A DNA stretch of 64,000 bases from Phyllosticta citribraziliensis. Lineage: Eukaryota. The position numbers were made by a program, and so were the translations under genes. Shown here in pieces: positions 12,869 through 26,560 of this stretch. Under the pieces are notes generated by a model that worked only from the letters and a program-made list of their open reading frames with translations, was not told the DNA's origin and did no database searches. Where the stretch lies: contig NW_027117345.1 of assembly GCF_038025025.1 (NCBI RefSeq), forward strand, positions 558,001-622,000, in the 5' to 3' direction. The first letter of the stretch is position 1. Each line of letters starts with the position of its first letter.

Positions 12869-13529
12869 TAGGGAAGGAAGCTGTCTTTGAACGCCGTGGA
12901 TCGCGGAAGGAATGGAATGCGGAAGAGGTAGAATATACGAGCAAGAAAGGAAGCGGTTGAGCGAGCGAGCGAGCGAGCGCGTTGGATGAATGGATTTATA
13001 TGGAGTGGAATTTTCCTTATTGTGTTTGGATGGTGAACGGGTGGTGGTAGTTGACTGCATGATTGACTGATTGGCCTGGTGCGGGCCCAGTCGTCTGTTG
13101 TCGTGCTTGCCGTGCGCTAGATAGCGAGCGATGACGTTGTTGATGATGTCGAAGCAGACAGGAGGAGACCTTGACAACGGAATGGAGCGTCCAGCGAGCG
13201 AGTAAGCGAGCGTGTACACATGGGAAATGCCGAATGAATGGTCGTGGATGGATGCATGGATGGATGGACTGAGTGAGACTCTGTCCTGAATAATGCTCCT
13301 GGGTACCTACCTCCTATACCTTACTGTAACACGGGTAGCTCACATGCTTCCTTCGGTTCCATTCATTGCTTACCACAGTCGACGCGTGCTCGGTCTTGCC
13401 CCCAGCTTCGTGCTTGGTGTGTGCCACGGCTTTTGCTCCCAAGCTACGGAGGGATGGCTGCCGAAGCGTCATGAGCTTGACTCCGCCGAGGTTGACTGCG
13501 ACTGGGATGGAGCAGGCACGCGAGAAATT

Positions 13530-13530
<1 letters not shown>

Positions 13531-13564
<34 letters not shown>
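13531..13564 (+). repeat. Poly-G tract (G34)
   Basis: 34 consecutive G between the convergent CPS1 and NOT4 3' ends. Confidence 0.9.
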
Positions 13565-13565
<1 letters not shown>

Positions 13566-14105
13566 TCCAACCAGCCAGAAACTTCACTGCAAAAAGAAGC
13601 AATTCGTCTTTGGTCAAAGATGGATTGGTGGTGTTTAATCTGCGTGAATGAATGGGCTCAGTCCAGTTCCTGCTGCCCCCTATCCTAACCAACCCTACAC
13701 TGACTACCTGGCTGCTCCCGCGTCCTTTCTTCCTCCTTTCCCTCCGCTCTTCTCTTCAACCCTTTCTTGGGTAATGATGAATCTGCCCGTATGTAGGGGA
13801 AGTGGTGTGTAGTAATGTACATGCAATGCCGCGAGCCGCCGACTTTTCGAAGAAGGAGAGTGATATGCTGTCGAACTTGGTTTGTCCGATCCAGATGAAT
13901 GCGGTGGTAATGAGCCGTTGGTTCATAAACAACGGTTCTCCGTGCCTGCGTTCCCGCCTGACCGAATCTAATCCGTGTAGTGAGCGAAAGGGAGTGAGTA
14001 TCCAGACAAAACAAGACTCCCTGGGTGAGCAGCACAGACTCAAATACCACACGGCAGCGGATCTGTCCCGCTCAGCGCAGCCACCAGAAATCTTCAGCAG
14101 GAACG

Positions 14106-17100
14106 CTACTTCGTCGACGCAGAGGGCGACGAGGCCGAAGGCGACGAAGCACCACCCCAGACCGAACCCGTCTGGACAATCTTGCGCACGCGCTTAGCGG
14201 CCTGATTCAGACGCTTCGTCGCTTCGTTGGCACGCTGCTTCTCGGCGTTCAATTCCTTCTCGACCATCTGCAGGCTGGGCATGGGTCCCGCGTAGGCTGG
14301 CGAGGAGGCGGCGGCGGCGGCGGCAGTGGCCGACAGCGACGGAGACACCGCACTCGCGCCGCCGGCAGCGTTGCGGCCCTTGCCGACTGCGACGCCCACG
14401 CCGGCGGTGCCGTGGTTGTAGTTGGTGCCGCTTCCGTTGCCAAAGTCGATGCCGAGCAGCAGACCGGCGTTGTCGGTCAAGGAGATGCCGTTGAGCGTTA
14501 CGTAGGGGAACGAAGGGAGGCCAGCTGCGGCGCCACGTGGAGAAGAGGCCAGACGTGCGGCCGCATGTTGCTTTTGCGTCTCGACGGCGTGGCGGGCCTT
14601 CTTGACCGGCAGAGCGTCATCCGCAATTGACGACGTTGAAGAGTCGGCCGGGTCGCTGGGCACGATGAACTCGTCGTTGTAGTTGGCGGCTTCGTCAAGG
14701 GCCAGCTGGGCCGCGCTGCTGTCGGCAACGCCGGCGGCAGACGCGGCAGCAGAGGAGCCAGGTCTTTGCTGGCGACGAGAGAGATACTGTCGCTCGAGAA
14801 CATCCTGGACGCAGAGGTCGCGCATTATGGCCTCGATATCAAAGACGGGTTCTTTGGTGGGCGTCCACTTGTTGGGCGGCTCTGCAGAACGGAGACGCGA
14901 TTCGACTTGAAGGTACCGGTCTTCTTCAGACTTGCTCAGGCAGCGGAGAATACGGCCGGAGCCAGAAATGAGGACGCGACTGCTTAGTCGACCGTCCTCT
15001 CCGCCCAGGCGCTGTGCCTCGCTGTTTTCGAAAATGGCTCGGACACCTTCGTCTGTAAGCTCGTATCCCCGGCCACGATTGGGCGCATCCTGAATCGTGA
15101 TGTGGCGTTCGTTGGGACCTTGGGGGAAGCTTTTGAACATGTTTTCAATTTGCTCATGCGTGATCTCGCCAGTAGAGAGCAATTTGGCAACGATTTGGGA
15201 TGCTGTCAGCGGCTGAGGGGCCCTTTTCTCCTCCACTTCTTCCTTGGGAATTTCAACGTCTTGACTGACTGTTTCCACAACAGTGCTTTGCTCTGCCTCT
15301 TCTGGAGCAGGCGTACCGATGGGAGTGTCCGTCGGTGTGGACATTGTTGTTTTCGCGGACTTTTTCTTCTCCTTTTTCTCTTTTCTCTTCCTTGTTTGAA
15401 TGCCTTCTTGGATGATGGGCTCCTCGCTTGGGGCTCGAGATTCCTTGGTTAGACCGATTTCCTGCTCGGCCATCTGCTTGGCCTTTTCTTGCCTTTCCTT
15501 CTTTGCCTGGCTCTTGGTCTTTGTGCGGGCAGGAGCAGATCCAACGCGTCCACCGGGAGGTGGCGAATTGGTCCTTGATATAGATGCTGAGGCCGACGTC
15601 ATTGACGCCGCATCTGAGATGAATTCGCTCAAAGGGGTGCCAGGTGCCTGGCTGATTGACGCAACGCTGGGCTGTCGAGACCGGATACTCGCCACACTAG
15701 GATTGGGAACGGCGCTCACTGGCGCAGATGCACCCACAGTTGGCGGACTCTCCATCTTAGGCGTATTCGTAATGCGCATGATTGAAGGACCGGTACGCCT
15801 AAGGGGGGATCCAGCTGCGGCACCGGTCGGAGTTGCGGGTCGAGACGTCGAAATTGATGAAAGGCTGACGGCGCGGGGATTCTTTGTGGCGGCTTCAGCG
15901 CCAGCCGACAATGTTTCACGCTCTTGAGCAAGAGAATCCTTCTTGGGAATGTGCAGCATCCCAGGGTGTTGACGTTTGGCCGTCGAGAGTCCAGCTTTTT
16001 GCTCGACCTTACTGGACTCTGTGCTTTGCCTTTTGTTCTTGGACTCTAGGAGCGGGAAGTCATCCTCGGGTCCAGTCGACTCCACGTTCTCCAATCTCGC
16101 CGCAAGGGCCTCGGCTGGTGTGGTTGAGGCTTTGGAACCAGATTTCCCGGTTCCCTTCCCTTTCTTTGCTTCAACGCTCTCGGTTGGCGCGTCGATGGAA
16201 TCATGCTCCCCCAGTTGAGCGATGGCACCAGAGTCAGACACGGTTGTCGGCGTGTCATCCGTCTTCGTTGCAATCACCTTAGCTGTATCTGGCTTTTCGA
16301 TAGTTGGCGTCTTGGTGGCATCAAGTCCAATGTTATCAGTGGCCTTACTACGTTCTGCTGAGTCCTTGTTGATCCTCGATGGTGTGGACACACGGGAGGT
16401 CGGGAGGTCAGGGACAGCGGGGGCAATGGGCGTGGGAATACCGGGAGGTGGCCTTATCGAAGCACTGGATGGCGTCCCGACCCGGCTTGTTGGGGCTGAA
16501 AGGCCTGGCGGAACCGTGGGAGTCGCACGTCGCGGTTGGTTGAAGAGGTAGCTCAGCTCGGCCGCTGGAAGTGCAGGCGTCTGGACGTCTGGTTCGTTGA
16601 CCAAAGCATCAATGCTCTGGGACAAGGAGTCCTGCTCGCTCACTGTCGTTCAGTCAGCATACATCTTGAGTGATGAACGGACCAAAAGCAGGTAAAGCGC
16701 TTGTACAGAGGAGTGGGCGGCCGAAATCAACAAAGGGGCAACATGTCAGCAGTCTCAGTCGTCTTCGTCACGGCCAGGAGGACAAGGAAGAGAAAAGCCA
16801 TCATAGTGTCTGATTACGTCGTGAGCGACTTTGCCATGCGAATATGGCTTGGAAAGGGGAATTTACGTACATAGGATGGCCATGACGAAGACGAAGAGAA
16901 ACATATGCAGTCGGACCTATAGAAGGTAGCGACGCATCGCCCGTAAGCTCAATGAGGCAGAATGAAAAAGCTCGGATGCCAAGAAACCCAACCATGAAGC
17001 GCATGCCGACTGCTTTTGCCAGCTTTGGACATGAGACCCCGATCCGCCACGAAAACGCCTTAGGCCATCGTAATGCCGGCCGGCAAGGTACGAGCCAATG

Positions 17101-19805
17101 CATCGCTAGCCCACCAGAAAACGCCATAGCATCCTGCGAACGAAGCAAGGGAAAAGGAAAAAAACAAGAGCCGTGATAACAAGGGAGAGTCGTCGCAAAG
17201 GACTACCATCTGCCGAATCCGCTGTTGTAAACGGAAGAAAACCCACCTTGACCCTGGCCCGCGTACAGACCCTGACCGACCATGCCTCCGCCCTGATGCA
17301 ACCTCGCCTGCAAGATACTCGGGTCCGCAACATCGACTACACCACCTCCAGAGGAGGAAGTGTTAGCATGTCTATGCTTCTTCCCCTTTTTCTTCTGCTT
17401 CTGAGGACCAGATTCCTGGTACGTGCCAGGCTGAGGTCCATAGGGGAAGTTCAGAAGGCCAGGGGCTGGGCTGGGCGTAGAGGTCGCCGTGGGATTTTGA
17501 TGCAAGAAAGAAGGGAACATTAACTCACGCTTGCCAGAATCATGCACCTGGCTGACGCCAGCATTACCACCTCGTCCCCGAAGGAGCTCCCGCATTGCTT
17601 CTTCTTGAGCATTCCGGCCCATCGCGTTGGCGCCGTATCCCAGTCCGCTGGTCGCGAAGCCATGTCCCTGACCGAACATTCCACCTCCGCTGACTGGAGG
17701 AGTTCCCGTCGTCTTCAGACCAGGAGGAGGACCCTGCACACTGCTTGTGTAGAATTGGTTGCCGAGGGGCTGGTGCTGTGAAATCTGGCTGAAGTGGCTG
17801 TTCGGCATCATCGATGATTGCTGGCTCATGAGTTTGGCGTTGGCGACAGGCTTGACGTTGGAAGTCGCAGTGTGGCTGTCGTTGGCAAAGGTGAATCTCG
17901 AGGCCTGGCGGGCATGGTGTCCAGCATTTGCACCCTGCATGCCTCCTTGGAGATGCTGAGGTTGGGCCCCGTGGAAGACATTGGCGTTTCCAGTGTTTGT
18001 CGTTTTGAATTGTTGAAGTAGAAGCTGCTGCTGTTGCTGTGTTGTCAGACCGTTGCGGCCACTCAAATTGAGGTTCATCTCATCAGGAAGACCAATGTTC
18101 TGGCCAAGACCAAGATTCGAGCCTCCAAGTGACTGCTGCGGCGGCTGGATAGCCGAGTGTGAGCCTGACCGTACGTCTGCCTGTTCTTCCGGCTCACCCC
18201 CAAGCTGCAGACTCCCAGATCCAGTCGGCTGCTCTTCTTGTTCTTGCGCGGCGGCAGCAGCGGCGGCCACAGCAGCAGCTTCCTGCAGTGCTTGGGTCTC
18301 CTGCAGCTTTGCCCTTTCGGTCGCCGCCGCCTTCTCTTTCACGATCTTCCTTCGATCGGCTCCACTTGGGTCGATCATGCAGGGAATGGTTTGCACCACC
18401 TGATTGTCAAGCGCGCTGAAGAGAGACCAATCTATGGACCATTCCAAGCCATTGGAGAGATTCTTCAAGATCGAGCGCACCGGGTGCGGCTTTGGGCGCG
18501 TTGCTTCGTCCCGAGGTTGCGTCGACGACTCGGCAGATTCTTTGGGCTCGACCGCTGGAGAATTTTCCTTGGGTTTGGTGGATTTCTTGGAGCTTGTTTT
18601 GCTTTCAGGTTGTGGTGCAGGCAGTGCGCTGGCGTCCCTTGGGCTGGCTCCGGCGTCGGTGTTTCCCTGACTCGTGCGACGTGCTTGCGCGCTAAGCGGG
18701 GGCTTGTTCGCCCAGCTAGCATGCGATGGCAAAGCCGGACCATCCAAAGGACTGTGGGATCCTTGGCTGTCTTGCCTTCCCATTTGTGTGGCAGAAGCGA
18801 TCGGCTGCGGTGCTTGCTGCGGCGGAGGTTGTGGTTGCGGAATTTGAGCTGTTGGGGCGGGCGCGTGGGACTGTGACGGATTCTGTGTAGAAATCACGTT
18901 CATGGAAGACAGATCCTGTCGCGTGAAGCTATCGCTTGCTTCGCCGGGCTCGTGAAGAAACATGCAGTTGCGATTGTTGCACTGTTCGTTGCGAAGGTAT
19001 GCGGAACAATACTTGGTCGTGCCGTATTGAGCCCTGCAATTCTGTTAAAACTCGTCGGTCATCCACAATCGCAGACTTACCTGAGCACCCGATCGCCGTT
19101 TACGGAGCCATCTACCGCAGCGATGCAAGTCGCAGCGTCTTCCTTGCGAGCAAATGTGACATAGACACCGACGGTCTGCTGTGGATGCGATGTGTCCTTG
19201 GCCTTGCTGACGACGATTTTCACGATTTTGCCATACTGACCAAAGTATGAATCGCCACGTAGAGCCTCGAGTAACTTGTCTTCTCTCGTGGTGGGGTTGA
19301 GACCGGTGACGTAGACGAGGTTTTTCTGGACGACGCGGAGGCCGGCAAGATGCTTGCGGCTGAGGGAATCTGCTTCGCGCTTCTGGGCTTCCTTTTGGCG
19401 CTGGGCGGCCTTTTTCTTGGCTTGTTGAGCGAGATCGGCCTTGTAATTGGCCATTCTGTATAGTGGTTAGAGGATAGCGTGGGACCAGCACAGACGGGCG
19501 CCTCACTCTTCAGGACTAATGACCTTCCACTCGATGCTCTTCTCGTCGTATGGGCGGCGGCATGCGGGGCAAAGACCATTCATGGTAGTCTTGATGTTGT
19601 TGTAACAGAACTGGCATATCTGCAACACGGTAACGTTAGCACAGCGACGCGCAAAAGTCGATTGCAGTCGCAAGGCCAAGCTCACCTGGTATCCGCAAGG
19701 ACACGGCTTGAAGTTGCGGTCCGAGAGATCAAACTCCTCGACGCAGAGAGGGCAGACTTCCTCCTCCTCATCGTCGATGAACTGATCTATCTGCGAGCGA
19801 GACAT
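14106..19805 (-). CDS. NOT4: CCR4-NOT E3 ubiquitin ligase Not4/Mot2; exons 19805-19686, 19619-19507, 19455-19081, 19033-(17529, 17247 or stop at 17203), 16642-14106
   Basis: C4C4 RING CPLCVEE..CPCGYQICQFC..CPAC, RRM QKNLVYVTGL, and CCCH finger YCSAYLRNEQCNNRNCMFLH. The orphan 845-codon ORF 16643-14106 has no ATG start and is preceded by CTGAC..CAG, in phase with both donors. Confidence 0.9.
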
Positions 19806-20224
19806 GGTGAATGTGGTGATGGAACCTGAGCGGGCGGTGTTGCACAGGAGGACGTGAGGCGGCGGCGGCGGGGCGTTGGGAGGGGCTGTAGAAGATGTAC
19901 AGAGTGGGACTAAAGTCAAAGTGAACCAGAAGAACGCCGGCCGATAACCGCGGGGGAGGAGAGTCGTGAAGAAGGGGTAGAGAAGCAGACGGGTGGAGAG
20001 AGGCGACTGAAGGCGGCCAGGAACGTCGACGTCGACCCGTCACAGCAAAGCTGCAGTGCCAAGACGCTAAGCCTTGTCGGGGCCAATCGAGCTGCGGCAA
20101 TACGTGATGACCTCGACACCAGCAACCACGCCTGCCGTTCCCCTTCAAGCCCATTGTCCATTGACTTTGCCTCGTCTACTTCTTGAGCACCGAGCGGCTG
20201 CTCCTTGCACTCACTCCATCTGCC

Positions 20225-21293
20225 ATGAGCTTGCGACTCTACAGCAGTCGCCAATTGGGCGCTGCGGTGCGCTCCACCGGCTCCTGCGTTCGGGCCAACG
20301 CCGCCCGGAGCTTCACCACGACCCTCTGGCGCGCGAAGCCCGTCGAGGCCGACTTTGACAATGTCCCAAACATGAGGGTACACTGGGGAACTCCCACGAG
20401 TGATGACTGCCCAGCTAACCCGTGCTCTAGAGCGCTGAGCGCTCCGACCCAGGCGAACTCCACCGGCCCATCGTCAACCCTGCCGACAAGTACCAGGAGA
20501 AGGCCGAGGCCCTCCACAAATATGGCCAATATCTCATGTCGTGCCTGCCGAAATACATCCAACAGTGAGCATGTCAGACTGCTGCGTGGCCGTCGTTAAT
20601 CCTGTTAGGTTTTCGGTGTGGAAGGATGAATTGACCATTTACATACCACCCTCCGGCGTCATCCCCGTCTTTTCCTTCTTGAAGTACCACACCGCTGCCG
20701 AATACACCCAGATTAGTGACATCACTGCCGTGGATTACCCTACCAAGGACCAGCGTTTCGAAGTCGTGTACAACCTGCTCTCCGTCCGCCACAACTCCCG
20801 CATCCGAGTCAAGACCTACGCCGATGAAGCCACCCCCGTGCCTAGTATTTGCGGCCTATATGACGGTGCCAATTGGTATGAGAGGGAGGTCTACGACCTG
20901 TTTGGTGTATTCTTCGTCGGCCACCCGGATCTAAGAAGGATCATGACGGACTACGGCTTTGACGGACACCCGCTCCGAAAGGACTTCCCCATGACTGGAT
21001 ACACTGAGATTCGCTATGATGAGGAGAAGAAGAGAATTGTGGTCGAGCCTCTGGAGATGACACAGGCGTACCGGAACTTTAGGGTATGTCCATCACAAGC
21101 TGATTGAGAGACTCAAACTAAATGTCTACAGGGTGGCAGCGCTGCTTGGGAGCAAGTGGGTCCTGGTGATGACAAGCAGCCAGAAAGTGTAAGCTCATTT
21201 TCTTCCCTGAGCTTAATGGAGGCGCTAACAACGACGCAGTTCAAACTTCCTGATCCCAAGCCCGAGCCTCCAAAGGAAGAGGAGAAGAAGTAA
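20225..21293 (+). CDS. NDUFS3: NADH:ubiquinone oxidoreductase 30-kDa subunit (NuoC/NDUFS3), 290 aa; exons 20225-20377, 20431-20564, 20609-21083, 21132-21188, 21240-21293
   Basis: Arg/Ser-rich mitochondrial presequence and the signature [37 protein letters not shown]. Four canonical introns. Confidence 0.97.
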
Positions 21294-22967
21294 AGCAAGT
21301 GATGACCTTTGGCCATGACAACTACCTTTCCATTGCACACATTTCCACGTCTTTTTGAAAAAGACAAGGTCGAACGAAGACAATGCTGTCAGCATCAAGG
21401 CAACTCTGGTGATTGTGATGATATAGAAGATTCTGGGCTCCTGCTCTACCGAGAATTCGCACCATCCTGGACTTCCAATAGTTGGAAACGGTCACACGAG
21501 ATGTCAATTCAAGAACAATTCTAGAACGCTCATCTACCGTCTGCTTCACTGGAGGACTGCATCGCACCAGTGATCGTGAGATATATCTTTTCATCGAACA
21601 TTCTCCACAAGGCTACCTCCTTTGAAGTCTAAAGGGCAGCTGAACTCCTCCGAGCCGTGAAAGAAATCATAGAATCATTCAACTCCATCGCTGGTGAGTG
21701 TCGCTCTCGCTTCGTTGCTGTTTCCGAACTGCGCCACATGGCAGACCCGGTATGAATTCCATCTCCAGCTTGACCGGAAGTCGCCCTGACTCGTTGAGTG
21801 TTTCTTGCTGGAAGGCCTTGCATTGCCAACACCACAACGCATCTGGAGAAACTTGGCCTGGTACGTATCCACTCGTTTACCAGCTGACCTTTCACCGACG
21901 GAAAAGTATTGCAGTACAGTCACATCACGGCCAGCAGAGACGAGCAGATCTTGGGATCGTATTCATCAGCCTTGGTACCACGCGGTTGGTATTGATCTGC
22001 GCATGCGTTTGTGTTGTACTGGTCAGCACGTGGCAGAAATCGTCGAGAATCCAGGCACCCAGCTTCTCTTGGAGAGCTTGTGGGGAACACCAGTTCACGG
22101 TCAGCCGCGAATACGGGCTCCCGACGCCTTTGGGTCAATTTTTTGAAAATCATCGGTCTGCCTGGATCCATCGTAAAGGGATGATGAAAGATCGCGGTGA
22201 GCATCTTTTGCGAGGCAAAGACCCTGGGAAGCTCACGAATCACTTTGTCTTCCTATCGAAGCGCTCTCTGGGCAACTAGAAAACTCTGGTGCCACTGGGG
22301 AGCCATGGCTTGTTGCTAGAGCCCCTGGCAAGCCAAACAAGCGAGCTGATTTTAGCCATTGTCTCATGAGCTCTCCGGTATCTCAAGTCAAAGTCGATGG
22401 GGACTTTTCAAGATCAATTCCAGAAAGTGGAACATCTCTTACACGAAGCCTCGCTCGGTCCATCTCGGTTAATCAGCCCTAAAGAGCAGACCCCTTGCTG
22501 ACTCTTGCACCGCACTGCGATAGCAAACGCCGCCATCAACGGTTTGACTAGCCCAGCTGTTGGATGCTTTAAACAATTAGAGCTAATCCCGACGCCTTGG
22601 ATCGTGTTTCAAGAGCGCCACAAAACGTTCCACCTGCTAAGAAAATTTCGGATATGCAGGTTGAAGACTCTGGTCGACAGTCGACAGGTTCTAGGTGGCA
22701 AAGGCCAACCATTTCTCACCGCTTCTCCACTCCTAGCCGCAGTTCATCGGCCAACGCACCTGAATCATGAAGAGCCGATTCTCTTCGTGTCTTAATGAAA
22801 TGCACTCCCGCTACTGCGGCACGATCCTTTCGGGAGCGAGGAGCCGATAACAAAACCACCGTGGTCTTGCCCGGAAAGGCGCGCGCGATTCTGCGCATGT
22901 TTGCGGACCTCTTTGACGAGTCCGGCGCCCACCACTGTGGACACGGAGCCTAAGGAGTCTGGCCGAG

Positions 22968-25379
22968 ATGAGTGTCGAAGATCTGGTCAGGCAGCTGGAT
23001 GAGCAAAGGGAGAAGTTTCTTGCCCTGGAGCAGCGTGTCCACAATGCGCTACAACAACGAGCCGACTCGAAGAACGGCGATCAAACAAGCCCAACGTCTC
23101 CCACGTTCAGCGATGGTGGCAAGCAGTCAACCATCGCGTGGGTCGATCCGAGGCGCCAGGGCACTGGTCTTCAATCTTTGATGCAATCCTCAGCCATCTC
23201 CGTGGACAGCGATGATGAAGATGACGAAACATACTACGTAGGTACCTATCTATTATGAAGCATGGACCAGCCGGCGGTGTCGTGGGTGTCCTGCTCTTTT
23301 CCATGCTCCGCAGCTAAGCCCCTCCACACAAGGTTCGCACGCCTTTGCCGAAGAAAGCTCTGACTGAAGATGATCTACGTACCCATCTGAGGTCCTACGA
23401 ATGGGATAGTGCCGGGAAGATCATTTTGGAAGACGTCGTTACAGCAGGCCGGCTTTTGCACCCTGTCCTGTTCCAGAAGCCAACCCGCGAAGAGAGGGGT
23501 CACATCTCGAGCTACTCGGTCTTTGACGTTGGATTCGATGGATCGCCTGTAAGACTAGACAATGAAGACGCAGAGTACGACGACGAGGCGCCGCCAAAAG
23601 CGTTGGCCTTGTGGAGCGCAATCAAGGTGAGTTGCTCACATTGCTTTAGAAGAGTCTTTCTGAGCGTCTAGGCTGATCAAAAGATAGGATATGAATATGG
23701 ACGAGGAGGATGTCGGTGCTGTAGGGCGAATAATGTAAGTCTGGCTTGTATTTATAGTTGGGCGCAGCTAAAGTGGAATGATCAAGCATTGCCCAGGAGC
23801 CGAGCCCATTGGCCTTTGCTGCTCTCCATTTCGCCATGAATGAGTGGTTCGACATGGATGAGCTATTTGGTCATTTGATCGACTCTGATTCCTCTTCGGT
23901 ATGGCCTTCCTTGTCACCTCCATCCTCTAGTAGGCGACGCCGAAACCACCCACAGAATTGACCGTGTAGCAGGCAAGCCCCCACAGGCCATTTTCGGGCG
24001 ACCCGCGGCACCAGCGCACCTTTACTTTTAGTTTCAAGTACTATACCATCATCGGAGAAGACAGGTCTCCCATGCCCTGGCAAAGTCATGACAAAGGAGC
24101 AACGAACGAAGAAAAACACCTCTCCCTTGCGCGCTGTAGCTCGGTAGTGGCTCTCTCTCTCATTGGCGAGCCTGTAAGGTCGATTCGAAATACTTCGAGG
24201 CGGAAGAGCACCAAGTCAAGAACAGGATTCGTGTACGACCCCTTTTCACCATGGGTCGTCTTGAACATACAGGCATATCCAGACTGGATGGGAAGCTCTG
24301 ATGCCCATGACGCGACCAAACACTACGTCAACGGACCGGAAGCATTCCTCGCAACACTACTCATGGAATTCCGAGACGCCCGCAAACGATACGAAGAAAT
24401 CTACAGACAAATCACAAAGATGATAACGCCGCCAGCCGACACAATTTTCGACGCCGTCTTGAGGGACGAGCGCCTATTTGAGGACGACAAGTTCACGTAT
24501 ACCCGAGGATACTTCTGGGCCCACCAGACGTTCGGCGCCATCAACGACAGCATCAAGGCCATGATCGATGCGTACGAGGACACGTTCACGGACGACGTGT
24601 GGGAAGGCAAGCACAAGTCCATCTGGCCGCTCCTGGAAGAGGCGTTACCGCGCAACGACAACTTCCGCAGACGGACGTACGCGCTGCGGAAGAACCTGGA
24701 GCGCGAAGTCCGGCACCTGCGGTCCCAAGTGCAAGAGAACAACGAGCGGCGCCTCGAGATCCGCGACCTGCGCGACCAGCTCTTCTCCGGCACGTCCGTG
24801 CTCGAGTCGCGCAAGAGCGTCGAGCTGTCCGGCATCACCATTCTCCAGGGCCACAACGTCAAGCTGTTGACGCTTGTCAACATTTTCTTCTTGCCGCTCA
24901 CGTTCACGACGAGCGTGTTTGGCATGACCAACATGTCGACCAAGCCTACCTATTGGCAGTTTGGCGCCGTGCTGGCCTGCGTGTGCATTCCCTTTTTCTT
25001 GTTGATCGGTAGCTTGAACACGGACAGGGGCCACGAGTTTTGGAAGGAGAGGTGCAAGGAGGCATGGGGGGGCATCAAGTGGTTCTTTGCATTTCTCGCG
25101 GCGCCAGTTTCAAAGAGGTATGTTTCGGGCAAGGGGGGAAGAGAAATAGATCAGGGCAAAGGAGAGCAGGAGAAAAGGACAAAGAGAGGCGGGATGTCTT
25201 CACCATGCGGACGGGCCGATTCACCAGGCAGCGAGGGCGCTGCGTCGCCGACTTATTCTGAAGAGCTGGAGGAAAGCAAGTTGGACGCGGGCGTGAAGCG
25301 GAAGACGTGGCTTCCGAAGCCTGGATGGGCCCGAGGCTCAAATCGGACGGCGAAGAACCGACAGCAGCAGGAAGTTTGA
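22968..25379 (+). CDS. Fungal CorA-like Mg2+-transporter-domain protein, ~709 aa; exons 22968-23237, 23333-23626, 23688-23734, 23787-23898, 23973-25379
   Basis: C-terminal coiled stalk followed by NVKLLTLVNIFFLPLTFTTSVFGMTNM and a second TM helix. Four canonical introns give a continuous frame (2130 nt). Confidence 0.8.
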
Positions 25380-26560
25380 CCGGCACCTGCACCAGAACTT
25401 ACATCCCGATATTAAGAAGCTAGGTCTCAATGACCTGCGACTATTGGCTCGATTGACCTTGGTCTTCTTCTACACTTTCCCCCTTTTCTGGTCTTCTGCT
25501 ACTGCTGACCGAATACCTGCCCAGTTGGGGTTTCCTTTACTTTCCAATGTGAGCCGACTATCCTTCGATCTGGCCGCATCGCAACGAGCAGAACACGAGT
25601 TGTGCGCGTTGAGGGGTTGGGGGTTAAGTCTAGCTCCCCTGAGGTTCCTCTGCCGCATCATCCCCCCAACATGAATCGCGGACTCCACTCCACTCTCAAC
25701 CGATCAATCAAAATTCAATGGTGGTGACATGTCAACAAGGCACATTCAATATTTCGCTAAGACTGCTGGTCGACCCAGAAATCGCCAGTCCAAAAGCTAT
25801 ACGAGGACGAGGCGCAACCTACGGAACAATGCAAAATGGCTCATGTCCGCTTTAGCCTCGGCGAGCTGGAGCAAAGTCGAATGGTTCTCGGTATGGACGC
25901 CACAGAACTGCCACCTCGTTGGCCACTGGTCCGGGAAATCAGTTGGTCTTTGCTTTTGTGAAGGCAGATTGCTTGTTGCGTCTTTTACTCCACGGTCTCC
26001 CCTGACGTAGACTCTCGCAAAAGGCCACGCGCGGGCAGAGCAACAGGAAAACCAGTACAGGAGTGTTTACATGGCCAAGTGCAGTACTTTCTCAACCAGA
26101 GGTCCAGCTAGGCCTACTGCAAGGTACCCCGCACGGTACCGCATGATCTGACGAGAGAAGACAGACGACTCGGCGCTGCACCAATCACACGCCACCATAG
26201 CCCTATTAGAACAGCAGAGGCTGGCTGGCTCCCCTTCCGCTGTCCTCCCCATGTGCTGCTCATATGTATGTCGACTCCACCATGTCTTGATCAACCCCAG
26301 CGAATGCGTTTGCCTCCCCCGCCGGGCTTGCCGACAGGTTTCTTACCTTCCCTGTGCAGAGCATCGCTCCGGTCCGGCCAACCAAATCCAGCAGAGGGAA
26401 TGCAGAGACTGTACGACACATGCAGCATCGCGAGTCTTTCGGCCATAACGTCGATGCTGTGGCAGCACAGATGAGATCACGTTGCTCGTTCAGCTAGCCA
26501 GCCAGCCAGCCAGCCAAGTCAGCAAGTCTAGTCCGGTTTCTGCGCGTCTTTCGTAGAGGA

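Noticed and set aside
16650..17200. Possible intronic C/D snoRNA in the long NOT4 intron
   Set aside because: Only a mismatched C box and a CTGA ~50 nt apart on the sense strand; no terminal stem or guide sequence recognised.
21300..22960. Short ORFs here and in 62400-64000 as possible gene or transposon remnants
   Set aside because: No transposase, RT or other domain motifs, terminal repeats or RIP-like AT enrichment were visible.
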